Shown one piece after another: positions 10,348-20,586 of a stretch of 64,000 nucleotides of DNA. Each line of letters starts with the position of its first letter. Within the stretch, counting starts at the first letter, position 1. Source of the DNA: a virus; IMG/VR virus record IMGVR_UViG_3300035698_030167, positions 12,458 through 76,457 of that record; one strand, 5' to 3'. Made by a program: the position numbers and the translations under genes. The notes beneath the pieces were generated by a model that had not been told where the DNA came from, made no database searches, and was given only the letters and a program-made list of their open reading frames with translations.

Positions 10348-10592
10348 TTTTTTTCTAAGTAGTTTAGTATATAATATAAACTTGTTTTTCTTGAACCCAT
10401 TAAAAAAATAAAATTATCGGTTATCATCAATCTATCAATTTCTTTAGCTTTGCCAAAAGCATTTATTAAAAACTTTATTTTATCCATAGTGTTATAATAA
10501 AACACCTTTTATAAAAAATTTTCTATATTTATAACTAGAACTTTTTAACCACATTACACAATTTTTGTTATTAAATAGTTTTATAAGTTGTT

Positions 10593-11087
10593 CTATTTTT
10601 TCCATTCTTCTAAAATTTCCTCAATTTTTTTTCTAGTGTTTGGATGAAGCTGAAGTTTATTTTTATTACTAGCATACCATTGATCTATTGTTCCACTTTC
10701 AAATCCTTGTGCTCTTCCAGCGCCAAGCCAATCGCAAAACATTTCAAGAATATATTTATCTGGCATTGGAAGAATAACTACTCCTTCACAATCATCTGGC
10801 TGAACCCACCATTGCCAATGATGTTTATTTCTTTTTTGGTGAAGAAGCCATGCAAAGTCAAATGCAGGATCGCCCGTATCCGTGGGCTTACAATATCCAG
10901 TTTTGTCCCTTGCAGGCTTTTTGCCTTTTGTAAAAAAATGATTAGCGTAAGGAAAAAATTCATCTGGAAAAAACTTGCTTAAATCATGCATAAGTCCTTG
11001 CCAAATAAGCCCTCTTTTAAAGCATTCAGTCATTACAAAAGTTTTATGTCTAATGAGATATTTTAGATATGTTATGTATTTCCCCAA
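10593..11087 (-). CDS. HD-like protein (DUF5662-type)
   Basis: RHK.FV, HDLSKF, HQKRNKHHWQWW, EMFCDW. Confidence 0.7.
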   Translation of the reverse strand: MGKYITYLKYLIRHKTFVMTECFKRGLIWQGLMHDLSKFFPDEFFPYANHFFTKGKKPARDKTGYCKPTDTGDPAFDFAWLLHQKRNKHHWQWWVQPDDCEGVVILPMPDKYILEMFCDWLGAGRAQGFESGTIDQWYASNKNKLQLHPNTRKKIEEILEEWKK

Positions 11088-11240
11088 TTGTTAATCTTCC
11101 TTCTTTATGATGTTGTTCAACACTATTTGCTCCACCAAAAACAAAAATAGGAAAAAAACATTCTTCAAAATTAGAATTAAATATTAATGTAAGTGCATGT
11201 ATTTTTTGTGATTTGTTCATAAATCTAAAAAACTCTTATT

Positions 11241-11522
11241 TTAATCCAACTGATCTGAAAAATCTATCCAATCATTAGCCTCGCAATATAAAATAAGATA
11301 ACCGATTAAATCAAATGTATCATTTTTTCTATGTTCTGTGGAACTTTTCACACGTTTTAATTTATCATCTAAACGCTGTCTTATTCCTTCTTTTGCGTCC
11401 AATTTGCTAAATATATTTATTGGTTCTAGTGCACTATTTCCATATCTTTTATTTTTTTCAATAACAGTTTTTTTTGCACTATCGCATATTTGCACTAATC
11501 TTTGTTGTGTTTCATTAATCAT
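11241..11522 (-). CDS. Nucleotide-modification-associated domain protein (DUF1599/Nmad1-like)
   Basis: KNKRYGNS, RLDDKLKR, DLIGYLIL. Confidence 0.7.
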   Translation of the reverse strand: MINETQQRLVQICDSAKKTVIEKNKRYGNSALEPINIFSKLDAKEGIRQRLDDKLKRVKSSTEHRKNDTFDLIGYLILYCEANDWIDFSDQLD

Positions 11523-11778
11523 CTAAATTTAAAAGTCCTTTATCTACGCCTGTAATAATCCAATGACACAATCTATAGAAATTATTAACAAATATAAGTG
11601 TGATAATTGGCCAAAATATTCCTATTATTATTCCTACTGCTATAACATCATCCCCGCCTTTTGGCTCAATTAGAAATGTTAACCATCTTGTGATATAAAA
11701 CCATGTTACAGCGCCACTAACAGTATATCCAATTATTTTGAGTACTTTATTTAATCGATAGCCTTGATCATTATTCAT
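11515..11778 (-). CDS. Small two-TM membrane protein; paralog of 37462-37725 and 37747-38004
   Basis: MNNDQGYRLNKVLKIIGY nearly identical to MNNEQGARLNKFLKIIGY. Confidence 0.65.
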   Translation of the reverse strand: MNNDQGYRLNKVLKIIGYTVSGAVTWFYITRWLTFLIEPKGGDDVIAVGIIIGIFWPIITLIFVNNFYRLCHWIITGVDKGLLNLDD

Positions 11779-11930
11779 TTTTTTCTTCTGTTTTTTCTAT
11801 TGTTATCCATTCACTACAACAAGGACAAAGCAACATAATATATTTTCCTATTCTTATTCCTTCTCTTAAATCTTTTTCTTCTAAGTCCATTCCACACTTA
11901 TCACAAAAATAATGGCTCAAAATAAATCTC

Positions 11931-12176
11931 CTATAAATCTAAAAGATATTGTTTGTTTTTTATTTTCGACCTGGAGTTAAGCTTTTTCATAATCTTAAAA
12001 GTTTCATATATTGTTTTTGTAAAATCTAGTGGTAAATATTTGGGAACAAAATATTCGTTAAAACATTCAAGATCCTGTGATAGCAGTTTTTCATCCATTT
12101 TTTTTTCATAATCAATTGGCAACAATTTATGATCAGGAAGACTATCAACAAATGCTTTAAAATCTATATTATTCAT
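11931..12176 (-). CDS. Hypothetical protein ending KNKQYLLDL
   Basis: 81-aa ORF with GGAG RBS. Confidence 0.6.
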   Translation of the reverse strand: MNNIDFKAFVDSLPDHKLLPIDYEKKMDEKLLSQDLECFNEYFVPKYLPLDFTKTIYETFKIMKKLNSRSKIKNKQYLLDL

Positions 12177-12187
12177 TTTTACTCCTT

Positions 12188-12259
12188 TACTCCTGCCCAG
12201 AATCGAACTGAGATTATGGCTTTAGAAGAACCATATTCTATCCATTGAATTACAGGAGC
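12188..12259 (-). tRNA. tRNA-Arg(TCT)
   Basis: Cloverleaf; loop CT-TCT-AA; GTTCGATTC T-arm. Confidence 0.9.
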
Positions 12260-12261
12260 GT

Positions 12262-12334
12262 TTAGCCCAGAAAAGATTTGAACTTTTTCTCTCTGATTCA
12301 AGGTCAGATGTGCAGCCATTACACCACCGGGCTA
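12262..12334 (-). tRNA. tRNA-Gln(TTG)
   Basis: TCTGA/TCAGA stem, loop CC-TTG-AA. Confidence 0.85.
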
Positions 12335-12472
12335 TTTTTTGAAAACATGTAACAGAAAGAAACTATAATCAAAGAACTACAATATACCATAACAGTATTA
12401 TGAAATGATAAAAATCCTAAATCAAATGAAAAAGCTGGAATAAAATAACACGCTAAAAATGATAAACTATAT

Positions 12473-12961
12473 TTAGCTATCATGTTTTACCTCACATTCA
12501 ACTTTATGATTTGTTTCAAATAAAAAATATAATACAATTTCTTTTAATAAATTAGTTATTCCGGTATTATAATCATTATGCATAATAGTAAAAGTTTCCA
12601 TTATAATATTATTTTTCTTTCTTGTTATCTTTATATTATTTTCGCATAAAACAATTTCCGCAAGTTCTTCGTTACTTATAATATTATTTACCTTTTCTAA
12701 AAGATTTTTATCTTCCATTACTGTTCTTTCTAGTGCTCCAAACCAAGAATCTTTAAATTCGCTTTCTATTATTTTTTTTACATATCCGGCATTATTAGTT
12801 AATCTTTTAGTTATTTCTTTTTGTAAATTTTTCTTATCAAACCACGTCCAATTATATTTACTAATGAGAGTGTGAATAAAATCATCATAATCTATATCAT
12901 GTATTTTTATAATATAAGAAGCGCTTGAACTATTACTAACAAAACCATTTCTTATTTTCAT
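12473..12961 (-). CDS. MKIRNGFVSNSSS-leader protein, copy 7
   Basis: N-terminus MKIRNGFVSNSSSASY; 162 aa. Confidence 0.85.
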   Translation of the reverse strand: MKIRNGFVSNSSSASYIIKIHDIDYDDFIHTLISKYNWTWFDKKNLQKEITKRLTNNAGYVKKIIESEFKDSWFGALERTVMEDKNLLEKVNNIISNEELAEIVLCENNIKITRKKNNIIMETFTIMHNDYNTGITNLLKEIVLYFLFETNHKVECEVKHDS

Positions 12962-13381
12962 TTAACAGTTTCTTGTTCCTGTGAATATTTTTATTGGCTT
13001 GTTAATTCCAATCTTTTTTTGAAACACTTTAAGTTTTTCTATTTTTTGTGATAAATCCATTTCTTTGCTTTCAAGATAATCGCCATCACCGTTAACATCT
13101 GCTAGTATTATTCCCATTATATTTTTAAAATCAAAGCCTTCCCAGTCAAAATAAGTGATTTCATAATTGCTATTGCCATTAGCGTAATCATGAAATAAAT
13201 CATTTATAACATCTTTTTTTATGGCATATTCATTTACACTTCTTCTAAACTCATCTTCTAAATCAAGTCCAATCATATTTATTAAGTATTTTTCTTTATT
13301 TATTGGCTTATCTAAATGAAATCCTAAAATTACAAAACTACTAGAAGAACTATTGCTAACAAATCCGTTTCTTATTTTCAC
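12962..13381 (-). CDS. MKIRNGFVSNSSS-leader protein, copy 6
   Basis: GTG start; MKIRNGFVSNSSSSSF; 139 aa. Confidence 0.85.
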   Translation of the reverse strand: MKIRNGFVSNSSSSSFVILGFHLDKPINKEKYLINMIGLDLEDEFRRSVNEYAIKKDVINDLFHDYANGNSNYEITYFDWEGFDFKNIMGIILADVNGDGDYLESKEMDLSQKIEKLKVFQKKIGINKPIKIFTGTRNC

Positions 13382-13719
13382 CCCATACTCCAGCTAAAAA
13401 CTTCTTTTTTGTTTTCATTCACAAGATTTTTATATTTATCGAATGCTTCACGTTCGCCATCTTCTTCTGCTTCATCAGAGCCTTTTTTATATTCTTTTAA
13501 ATCAATGCTCTCAAAAGTGTATGAGTAATCCATAGGGCATAAATCGCCAATATAAGCCACTTTTTTTTCTAGGAAACTGCCATAACAAACAATAGCTTTT
13601 ATTACTGCTTTCTCATAAGGACTTAGTTGCTCAAATGCTTTTTCATGATTTTCTTTTGTAGTCATAAGCAAAAAGCTTGAACTACTTGAATTACTAACAA
13701 ATCCATTTCTTATTTTCAT
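13378..13719 (-). CDS. MKIRNGFVSNSSS-leader protein, copy 5
   Basis: 113 aa. Confidence 0.85.
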   Translation of the reverse strand: MKIRNGFVSNSSSSSFLLMTTKENHEKAFEQLSPYEKAVIKAIVCYGSFLEKKVAYIGDLCPMDYSYTFESIDLKEYKKGSDEAEEDGEREAFDKYKNLVNENKKEVFSWSMG

Positions 13720-13720
13720 T

Positions 13721-13996
13721 TTATTCTCCCCAAGTTATATTTTTATCATTGATTCCTATCTTTGCTAAAAACCCATCCATATCAAAATTATTCATAAAAG
13801 TGTTTCCTTTTATTACTTTTCTAGTTTCACTAATACTCCATTTATCTTCACTATCATTAAAAACTTCAAACTCTATTCTTTTAGATTCTTCTATATGATT
13901 TTTAATTTGATATATTTGTTCAGGAGATAGATAAAATTTATCTATTATAAAACTGCTACTGCTGCTATTACTAACAAATCCATTTCTTATTTTCAT
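13721..13996 (-). CDS. MKIRNGFVSNSSS-leader protein, copy 4
   Basis: 91 aa. Confidence 0.85.
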   Translation of the reverse strand: MKIRNGFVSNSSSSSFIIDKFYLSPEQIYQIKNHIEESKRIEFEVFNDSEDKWSISETRKVIKGNTFMNNFDMDGFLAKIGINDKNITWGE

Positions 13997-14257
13997 TTAT
14001 TCCTCTGTATAATATACGTGATTTTCACTTACTCCTATTTTTTTTAATAAATTACTAAACTCTTCGCTATGGTTGCGAACATTATAGCCAGCAATGTAAT
14101 GTTTTTCATCGTAAAAATACATTCCTCCTTCGTAATCATCTTCAATAGAAACAGTCCAGTTTCCTATTTCTTTTATTTGACTTTCCGTTAAAAAACTTTT
14201 AGCTATAATAAAACTACTGCTACTGCTATTACTAACAAATCCATTTCTTATTTTCAT
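13997..14257 (-). CDS. MKIRNGFVSNSSS-leader protein, copy 3
   Basis: 86 aa. Confidence 0.85.
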   Translation of the reverse strand: MKIRNGFVSNSSSSSFIIAKSFLTESQIKEIGNWTVSIEDDYEGGMYFYDEKHYIAGYNVRNHSEEFSNLLKKIGVSENHVYYTEE

Positions 14258-14260
14258 AAT

Positions 14261-14515
14261 CTATTCCCCCAAGTAAACAAATCTTCTGTTTATGCCAAGT
14301 TTCTCTAAAAAATTCATAGCGCTTGGATCACAATAGTAAATATTACTACAAGAAACATAATTTTCTTCAATGCTTAATTTTAAGCAATCATCTTCATCTG
14401 ATTGAGTTTTTAGCCAGTTTTGAAGTTTTATTATTTGTTCTGGGTTTATAAAAGATTTTGCAATAACAAATGAAGATGAACTGCTATTGCTAACAAATCC
14501 ATTTCTTATTTTCAT
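14261..14515 (-). CDS. MKIRNGFVSNSSS-leader protein, copy 2
   Basis: 84 aa. Confidence 0.85.
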   Translation of the reverse strand: MKIRNGFVSNSSSSSFVIAKSFINPEQIIKLQNWLKTQSDEDDCLKLSIEENYVSCSNIYYCDPSAMNFLEKLGINRRFVYLGE

Positions 14516-14904
14516 TAATATCCTCCACCATGTTCCATTATTAAATCATCAGATTCGTAATTTATATTTTCATTGCAAAGCAATGGCTCTACTCCTTCGC
14601 CTTCACTACTAAAACTTCCATGATAAAGAATCATATCGTTTTTAATAATTTTTTTTATAACTTTTGTTACTCTATCTTCTCCATAACAATACTCTTTCAT
14701 GTATTCTTCAACTGAAATTTTTTCTGCATTGTTGTAAATGCAATTAATAAGTGAATTAAATATTGATTTAAATGGAGAATTTTTTAAGGCTTCTAACTCA
14801 ATCTTAAAAAGATCAATTAGTTTTTCTTTTGTTAGTTCATCTTTTACGCCAATAATAAAAGATGAACTCGAACTATTACTTACAAAACCATTTCTTATTT
14901 TCAT
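14515..14904 (-). CDS. MKIRNGFVSNSSS-leader protein, copy 1
   Basis: 129 aa; directly downstream of the radical SAM gene. Confidence 0.85.
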   Translation of the reverse strand: MKIRNGFVSNSSSSSFIIGVKDELTKEKLIDLFKIELEALKNSPFKSIFNSLINCIYNNAEKISVEEYMKEYCYGEDRVTKVIKKIIKNDMILYHGSFSSEGEGVEPLLCNENINYESDDLIMEHGGGY

Positions 14905-14913
14905 AACATTCTC

Positions 14914-15957
14914 CTAATATAAATCAAAATACGGACACATTCTACTTTCAAGCTCATTTTTTTTCATACTTTTTCTAAACTTTTTTGCTTCTTCGCTCAT
15001 CCACACATCTTCAACAAAATCATTAGCTTCTATTATATTTATGGGTTCATATCCTTTTTCGCCTTCAAGAAAACTACATGCATATACTTTTGCTTTAGCA
15101 TTTATGTAAATACTAAAATGGAAGCTTTCGCAAGGTTCAACAAAAAGATTGAAATTTTTATAATCTCCCATAGCTTTAGCTGCTTTTAATACTGTTGGTG
15201 CAGAACAACTGTCAAATCCAATTGATACATCTTTTCTTTTTGCGTATTCTATTAATAATTGCATTTTGTCGATAGATTTCATTGGTGTCAAAGTATTTCT
15301 TTTTCCTTTTGGTTTCAATAAAAGAAAAACAATAGCATTTAAATCTTTTAATCTATAATCTTCTTTTGCTTTATCTATTAGTTCCAAACAACTATCAAAA
15401 GTTTCTACTGATAAAAGTTTATGAATGTTTACTTGTTTTAGCCCATATTTTCCTAATTTTTTTATTGCTTCAAAACATATTTTATCATCATAATGAGAAA
15501 CAGCTACAGCTCCACAATATTTTACTAAAATTTTTGCCAAGCCGTTAGTTAAATTATAACCATTTATAGTTATGTTAGGAACAACATAGTTATAATCATT
15601 ATTTTTACAATAATGCATCATTTTAAAAAGATCTGGATTAGCCTCTAAATCACCTATACCAAATGCAATTTGCGTTAAACTTTTAGGAAGTTTATGAAAA
15701 ACTTTTTTAAAAGTTTCGAGATTCATGTTTTCACCTCTTGGTGTATTTGATTTATAACACCAAGTGCACGGAGTTCCAATTCCATGGCAAATAGTAGAAA
15801 CTTCAATATCTGCTATTTCTGGACCGAATGGAGAAAAATCTGGATCTTTTTGCATATTGCTTCCCCATCTCATAAAAAATCCAGTATTTTTATTAAATAC
15901 GTAGTTATATTTTGTGGATTTTAAAATTTTTGTATTTTTTGTTTCTATCATTTTCAT
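14914..15957 (-). CDS. Radical SAM protein with C-terminal SPASM/twitch-like domain
   Basis: CHGIGTPCTWC (CX6CX2C variant), IAFGIGD, NITINGY, C-terminal PCES...INAKAKVYACSF...C. Confidence 0.85.
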   Translation of the reverse strand: MKMIETKNTKILKSTKYNYVFNKNTGFFMRWGSNMQKDPDFSPFGPEIADIEVSTICHGIGTPCTWCYKSNTPRGENMNLETFKKVFHKLPKSLTQIAFGIGDLEANPDLFKMMHYCKNNDYNYVVPNITINGYNLTNGLAKILVKYCGAVAVSHYDDKICFEAIKKLGKYGLKQVNIHKLLSVETFDSCLELIDKAKEDYRLKDLNAIVFLLLKPKGKRNTLTPMKSIDKMQLLIEYAKRKDVSIGFDSCSAPTVLKAAKAMGDYKNFNLFVEPCESFHFSIYINAKAKVYACSFLEGEKGYEPINIIEANDFVEDVWMSEEAKKFRKSMKKNELESRMCPYFDLY

Positions 15958-16005
15958 AATATATTAAGTATTTACTGTCGTAACATTTATGTTATTTGTC
16001 CAGGT

Positions 16006-17529
16006 TCAATTAGTATCGTTTGTTGTGCTTCTCGCAACATAAGATTCACTCCAACAATTAGTAACAACATCAAGAGACTTTAAGTTAAACGTAAATTTTG
16101 AATCATATTTTTTCTTACATTCTGCGCAAAGCCATTTATCATATATAGATGTTAATGGATGTTCTCTTGAATTCCATTTTTCGCAATCGCTACATTTAAC
16201 AATATTTTCTATTTTATTTTGTTCTATACATTTATAACAATATTTTTTATTATTTTTTTTTATTGCCTTTTTTTCCAAAACAAAATTATTACAATAATCA
16301 CATTTCACTAAAATTTTAGCACAATCTTGACAAAAAAAGTTGCCATCTACATCTTTTTGCATTTGACTTTTCAACTTTATTGAGGAACAATTCACACATT
16401 GTCGAACTTCTTCTCTATAACAGTTTGCACAAATAATCTTTTTATCATCAATATAACAAATATTCGTTTCTTTTATTATTTTCTTGCCGCAAAGAGAACA
16501 TATTCCATAATAAATATTACATAAAGATATATTGCTTTTTATAAGATTGCTAAGTCCTTTTCTATATTCAAAAACTTTACTATTTACAATTTGTTTGTTT
16601 TCAAAAACTTGAACTCCGCCACCGCCATTGCGAGAAACAAGGTGCAAAGAAGGCAAAGAAAAGCTAACTTTATCATTATAAATAAAAGAACTTTTGTTAT
16701 TTTTAAAGTGTAATAAATCTATCGTGTATTTTGAAACAAAGTTATCATTTATTTCTACAACTTTTTTATTCATTATTTTTTGAATAGATTTGGTATTTAA
16801 AAGTTCTAGTGGAAAAAATTTAACAACATTTATATTATTTTTTGCATCTAGTAATGCCCAGCTCCTAGATATAAATTTATCTATTTCTATTCCGCTGTAT
16901 TCCTTTTTTACTCCATCTGTAATATATATCATTGCTCTATTTTTGTCGCTAATAATACCAGGCAATCCTGTCCATATAGCTTGAGAACTTTCAAGATTTA
17001 AGCAAGAAGACCAACTTTCAGCAGTAGAGCATAAAAACCAGTCTGCAAAGTTTAAAGAAAGAACTATTTCCATTTTTCTTTTTGGTAATTTTTTTACTCC
17101 TACAATTTCAGTTCTTTCCTTTATAACTTGCTCAATAACATTAATTGACAAAGTTTCTAAACCATCAATATAACGTGCTTCTTCATTTCCAGATTTAGTA
17201 TAATAATCTATCAAAGCTTTTTTAATTTTTATTTTTTGTTTATCAACACTAATTTTATTTTCTCCAAAATTTTCATAAGAAACATTATAATACAAGACAA
17301 AACTTTTAAAAAAATATTGAAATAATTTCCATCCTTCATCAAAATATTCCAAATTTTTTTCAGGTATTTCGAGTCTTTTCCTTAAATCTTTAGAATTTCC
17401 AAGTATTTCCTTGTAATAATTATCTACAAATGGATTGTATATTAAATACTTGAATTTTTTTAAGCTTTCTTCATCTAAATCAAAATGTTTTTCAACAATG
17501 TTAAAAATTTTGTTTAAATTAGAAATCAT
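16006..17529 (-). CDS. SLNFADWFLC/WSSCL family protein, copy A, with tandem CxxC C-terminus
   Basis: Conserved core shared with three other ORFs; multiple CxxC pairs; start moved to MISNLNK. Confidence 0.75.
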   Translation of the reverse strand: MISNLNKIFNIVEKHFDLDEESLKKFKYLIYNPFVDNYYKEILGNSKDLRKRLEIPEKNLEYFDEGWKLFQYFFKSFVLYYNVSYENFGENKISVDKQKIKIKKALIDYYTKSGNEEARYIDGLETLSINVIEQVIKERTEIVGVKKLPKRKMEIVLSLNFADWFLCSTAESWSSCLNLESSQAIWTGLPGIISDKNRAMIYITDGVKKEYSGIEIDKFISRSWALLDAKNNINVVKFFPLELLNTKSIQKIMNKKVVEINDNFVSKYTIDLLHFKNNKSSFIYNDKVSFSLPSLHLVSRNGGGGVQVFENKQIVNSKVFEYRKGLSNLIKSNISLCNIYYGICSLCGKKIIKETNICYIDDKKIICANCYREEVRQCVNCSSIKLKSQMQKDVDGNFFCQDCAKILVKCDYCNNFVLEKKAIKKNNKKYCYKCIEQNKIENIVKCSDCEKWNSREHPLTSIYDKWLCAECKKKYDSKFTFNLKSLDVVTNCWSESYVARSTTNDTN

Positions 17530-18811
17530 CTTCATCCTCATCTTCATCTTCATCTTCAAGATTACAAAAACAATATTTAAGCGAATCTTTTTCTAACTTA
17601 AGCAACCCTTTATAATATCTAAATCCAAAATCATCTTTACAATAATGCTCTTTTGTTTTTTTATTAACTACAATGCTTTGATGACCGTAATTACCTGATT
17701 TTAAGTATCCGCGTTTATTTGGAAAATATTTTGCCTTATTTTTTTTAGCTATAATAATGTTAGTCGTATCTTGATAAAGAAATGCTAAATATTCTTCAAA
17801 TTCATTAATATCGTGATAAAGAAGTTCCATATAATATCGTCCAACAAAACTAGAACTATCACTAAAACGCATATTAAAATATTTACTTGCTAAATTTTCT
17901 AAATTACAAAACAAAGGATATTCTCTTACAAAATGAAAACATTCTTTATTTGTTTCTTTTTCTCTAACAGTCAATATCCAACTTCTAGTTAATATTCTAT
18001 CTACTTTTATTTTTCCATACTCCTTCTTTGTTCCATCTGTAATATATATCATTGCTCTGTTTTTGTCGCCAACAAGCCCAGGCAGTCCTGTCCAAAACGC
18101 TTCTTCGTATTGACTTTCAAGACTTAAACAAGAACTCCAATTTTCAGCAGTAGAACATAAAAACCAGTCTGCAAAGTTTAAAGATAATACTAAATATAGT
18201 TCTTTATTTGGAAACTTTTGAGTTCCTATAATTTCAAGATTTCTTATTATTTTAGATTCAAGGATTTTTACCAATTCCTTATCTTTAAGAAGATCTTTAT
18301 AAAAAACTTCAATAATTTTTTTACCATTTTTTTCATGAAAAACTATTCTATCTTCTTTCGTAAAGTTTCTAGTCCCAAAATTAATTTTCTGCCCTTTTGA
18401 ATGTAAAAATTGTTGAATGTTATTATCAAAACTGAAATCAAAAATAGAATTAAACAAGTTATTTTTATAATAATCAACTAAAGCTTTTTTAATTTTAAAT
18501 TCCTGATTCTTGTATATTACTTTATTTTCATTAAAGTGTTTATATGTTATTCCTGTCGAACGGTAAAATGAATCAAAAAAATGTCGAAATGTTTTCCACC
18601 CTTCATCAAAATTGATAAGCAAATTACCAGATAGCGGGATTTTTTTGCGCAAATTTTTTGTATCGCCAAGTATTTTTTTATACATTGGGTTTACATTTGG
18701 TTCATAAAATAATCTATATTTAAATATACTCAAGCTTTTTTTTGTTAAACAAAAAAAATCTTTAACTAATCGATAAATTTCCAACTTATTGATGAGATTT
18801 TGATTAGCCAC
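17519..18811 (-). CDS. SLNFADWFLC/WSSCL family protein, copy B (no CxxC tail)
   Basis: Same core; ends in an acidic tail. Confidence 0.75.
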   Translation of the reverse strand: MANQNLINKLEIYRLVKDFFCLTKKSLSIFKYRLFYEPNVNPMYKKILGDTKNLRKKIPLSGNLLINFDEGWKTFRHFFDSFYRSTGITYKHFNENKVIYKNQEFKIKKALVDYYKNNLFNSIFDFSFDNNIQQFLHSKGQKINFGTRNFTKEDRIVFHEKNGKKIIEVFYKDLLKDKELVKILESKIIRNLEIIGTQKFPNKELYLVLSLNFADWFLCSTAENWSSCLSLESQYEEAFWTGLPGLVGDKNRAMIYITDGTKKEYGKIKVDRILTRSWILTVREKETNKECFHFVREYPLFCNLENLASKYFNMRFSDSSSFVGRYYMELLYHDINEFEEYLAFLYQDTTNIIIAKKNKAKYFPNKRGYLKSGNYGHQSIVVNKKTKEHYCKDDFGFRYYKGLLKLEKDSLKYCFCNLEDEDEDEDEDDF

Positions 18812-18965
18812 AAGTCTCCCTTTTTTTACTTTATAATATATTATAATATTTATTTACATTTTTGTCAATTATTTGGGCATAAAAAAACGGATCAAGTAAA
18901 ATATTGCTTTATAGCAATAATCAGACCCGTCAAAAAGAAGGGGTGAGGCTTTGCGCCTCGTGGGT

Positions 18966-19163
18966 TTATTTTTTAGCGTTTCCTTGAATTGCTTCAAGGC
19001 TTATTACAAGTCCATTAATTTTTGCTGGCTTAACTGTTTCTAGCGTTATTTCTTTACTATTTTTCACGCTAGCTGCTAATGCAACATTTTTTATTAATAT
19101 AGACTGTTTATTTATTACTGCTGGTTCTAATTCAATATTTATTGGCATAATCCACCTCAGCAA
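18966..19163 (-). CDS. Hypothetical protein
   Basis: 65-aa ORF followed by terminator-like hairpins. Confidence 0.5.
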   Translation of the reverse strand: MLRWIMPINIELEPAVINKQSILIKNVALAASVKNSKEITLETVKPAKINGLVISLEAIQGNAKK

Positions 19164-19168
19164 TATCT

Positions 19169-19474
19169 TTACAATTCTTCTTCAATGCCCATTTCTATTT
19201 CATCAATTATTTCTGTTTCGTTTTCATCAAGTATTTTATCATAAACTTCAGCTAAATCATCGTTATCATAAGATGAAATTTCATCTATGACAATCATTAT
19301 CAGCTCATCACTGAGCATTTCAACCTCTTTACTTGTTTTCTCTTTAAATGTTTTTTTAGAGATCTTTTCTTCATGTGGAAATATATCATTCCATAACCCT
19401 ATTAATTCATTTAAAGAAAATTCATTAATGCTATCTATAACATCAACAATTGCTTTTTCTCTTTGTAGTTTCAT
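19169..19474 (-). CDS. Acidic hypothetical protein
   Basis: 101-aa ORF with GGAG RBS. Confidence 0.6.
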   Translation of the reverse strand: MKLQREKAIVDVIDSINEFSLNELIGLWNDIFPHEEKISKKTFKEKTSKEVEMLSDELIMIVIDEISSYDNDDLAEVYDKILDENETEIIDEIEMGIEEEL

Positions 19475-19608
19475 ACTTTACTCCCTAAACAATAAAAATA
19501 ATCCAGTTAAAACTATGCTAGAAATAGCCACAGCTACAGCTGGAAATATTCCCATAATATATAAGACGCCAAGTAAAGTTATACAAAAAACTAAAATTTT
19601 CCAGAACA

Positions 19609-20586
19609 TTAAATAGTTCCATCAGGTTCATTAAAAATTTCTAATTCTTTATCAATATTATTTTCAGCAATCAAAATATTTTTATTTTTTTCTGATATTT
19701 CAGCGTATAATTCAATAAAACAATTTTTACATAAATATTTTTTTATTGTTTGTAAATAAATATTTTCCCATGAAAAAGATCCACAACTACTACATTTAAA
19801 ATCTTCTCTATAATCTTCATCTTCATAGACACTACCATAGTCACCACCATAATAACCATATTTTTTATACGATTGAGGAATTTTAAACTTTGTTTTTACA
19901 TTTTTAACTATTTGCCAAGTGAAGTCCATAGCATTCTTTAACTCATTTAATTTAACAAATTCAGACTTCATGTGAGGGTTATAATAACCGACACTTAAAT
20001 TAGCGACACTCATTTGTTCATTTAAATAATCAGCATCAGAAAAAGTGCCAACAGCAGATTTATACCCATATAATTTGCCAATCTCGGTTAAAGTATCTTC
20101 AAACTCTTTAACTCCATAATCATTTTTTTCACAAAGTATATCATTTCCGCCACGCCTATCAAGAACTATCCCATATGGAATATTTAACAAATCGTTGTTA
20201 GCGACAAATGTCATCATTCCGTTTCCACCACTTTCTTCTTCTACGCTAAATACAAAATTCAAATCTTTTTTTACTTTTAACAATTCTAAAATTATAAGAA
20301 TCCCGCATTTATCATCTCCGCCTATCACTCCATAACCAGATAGATAATTTCCATGAATATTGATAAAACTAGTTAATCTTGCATCGATTGCATCTTGAAC
20401 TGTATCCATATGAGCTGATAGCAATGGTGAATTTGAATTGCTTACATTATAAAGATTTCCTTTTGCATCAACAGAAAACGGAATGCGAAGTTTATTTAAA
20501 AACTTTTTTATAAAATCACGCATTTTACTTTCTTGTTTTGTTCTTGCCGGAATCTTAAAAATCTCTAGTAAAAGTTTCTTGTCCAT
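19609..20586 (-). CDS. M28/M20-family Zn peptidase with C-terminal CxxC..CxxC
   Basis: SAHMDTV, GGDDKCG, VEEESGG, DRRG, SDAD, NLSVGYYNPH. Confidence 0.85.
   Translation of the reverse strand: MDKKLLLEIFKIPARTKQESKMRDFIKKFLNKLRIPFSVDAKGNLYNVSNSNSPLLSAHMDTVQDAIDARLTSFINIHGNYLSGYGVIGGDDKCGILIILELLKVKKDLNFVFSVEEESGGNGMMTFVANNDLLNIPYGIVLDRRGGNDILCEKNDYGVKEFEDTLTEIGKLYGYKSAVGTFSDADYLNEQMSVANLSVGYYNPHMKSEFVKLNELKNAMDFTWQIVKNVKTKFKIPQSYKKYGYYGGDYGSVYEDEDYREDFKCSSCGSFSWENIYLQTIKKYLCKNCFIELYAEISEKNKNILIAENNIDKELEIFNEPDGTI

Noticed and set aside
12473-14904. Diversity-generating retroelement or DNA repeat array
   Set aside because: No reverse transcriptase or TR/VR adenine-specific pair; the repeats are coding N-termini with synonymous variation.
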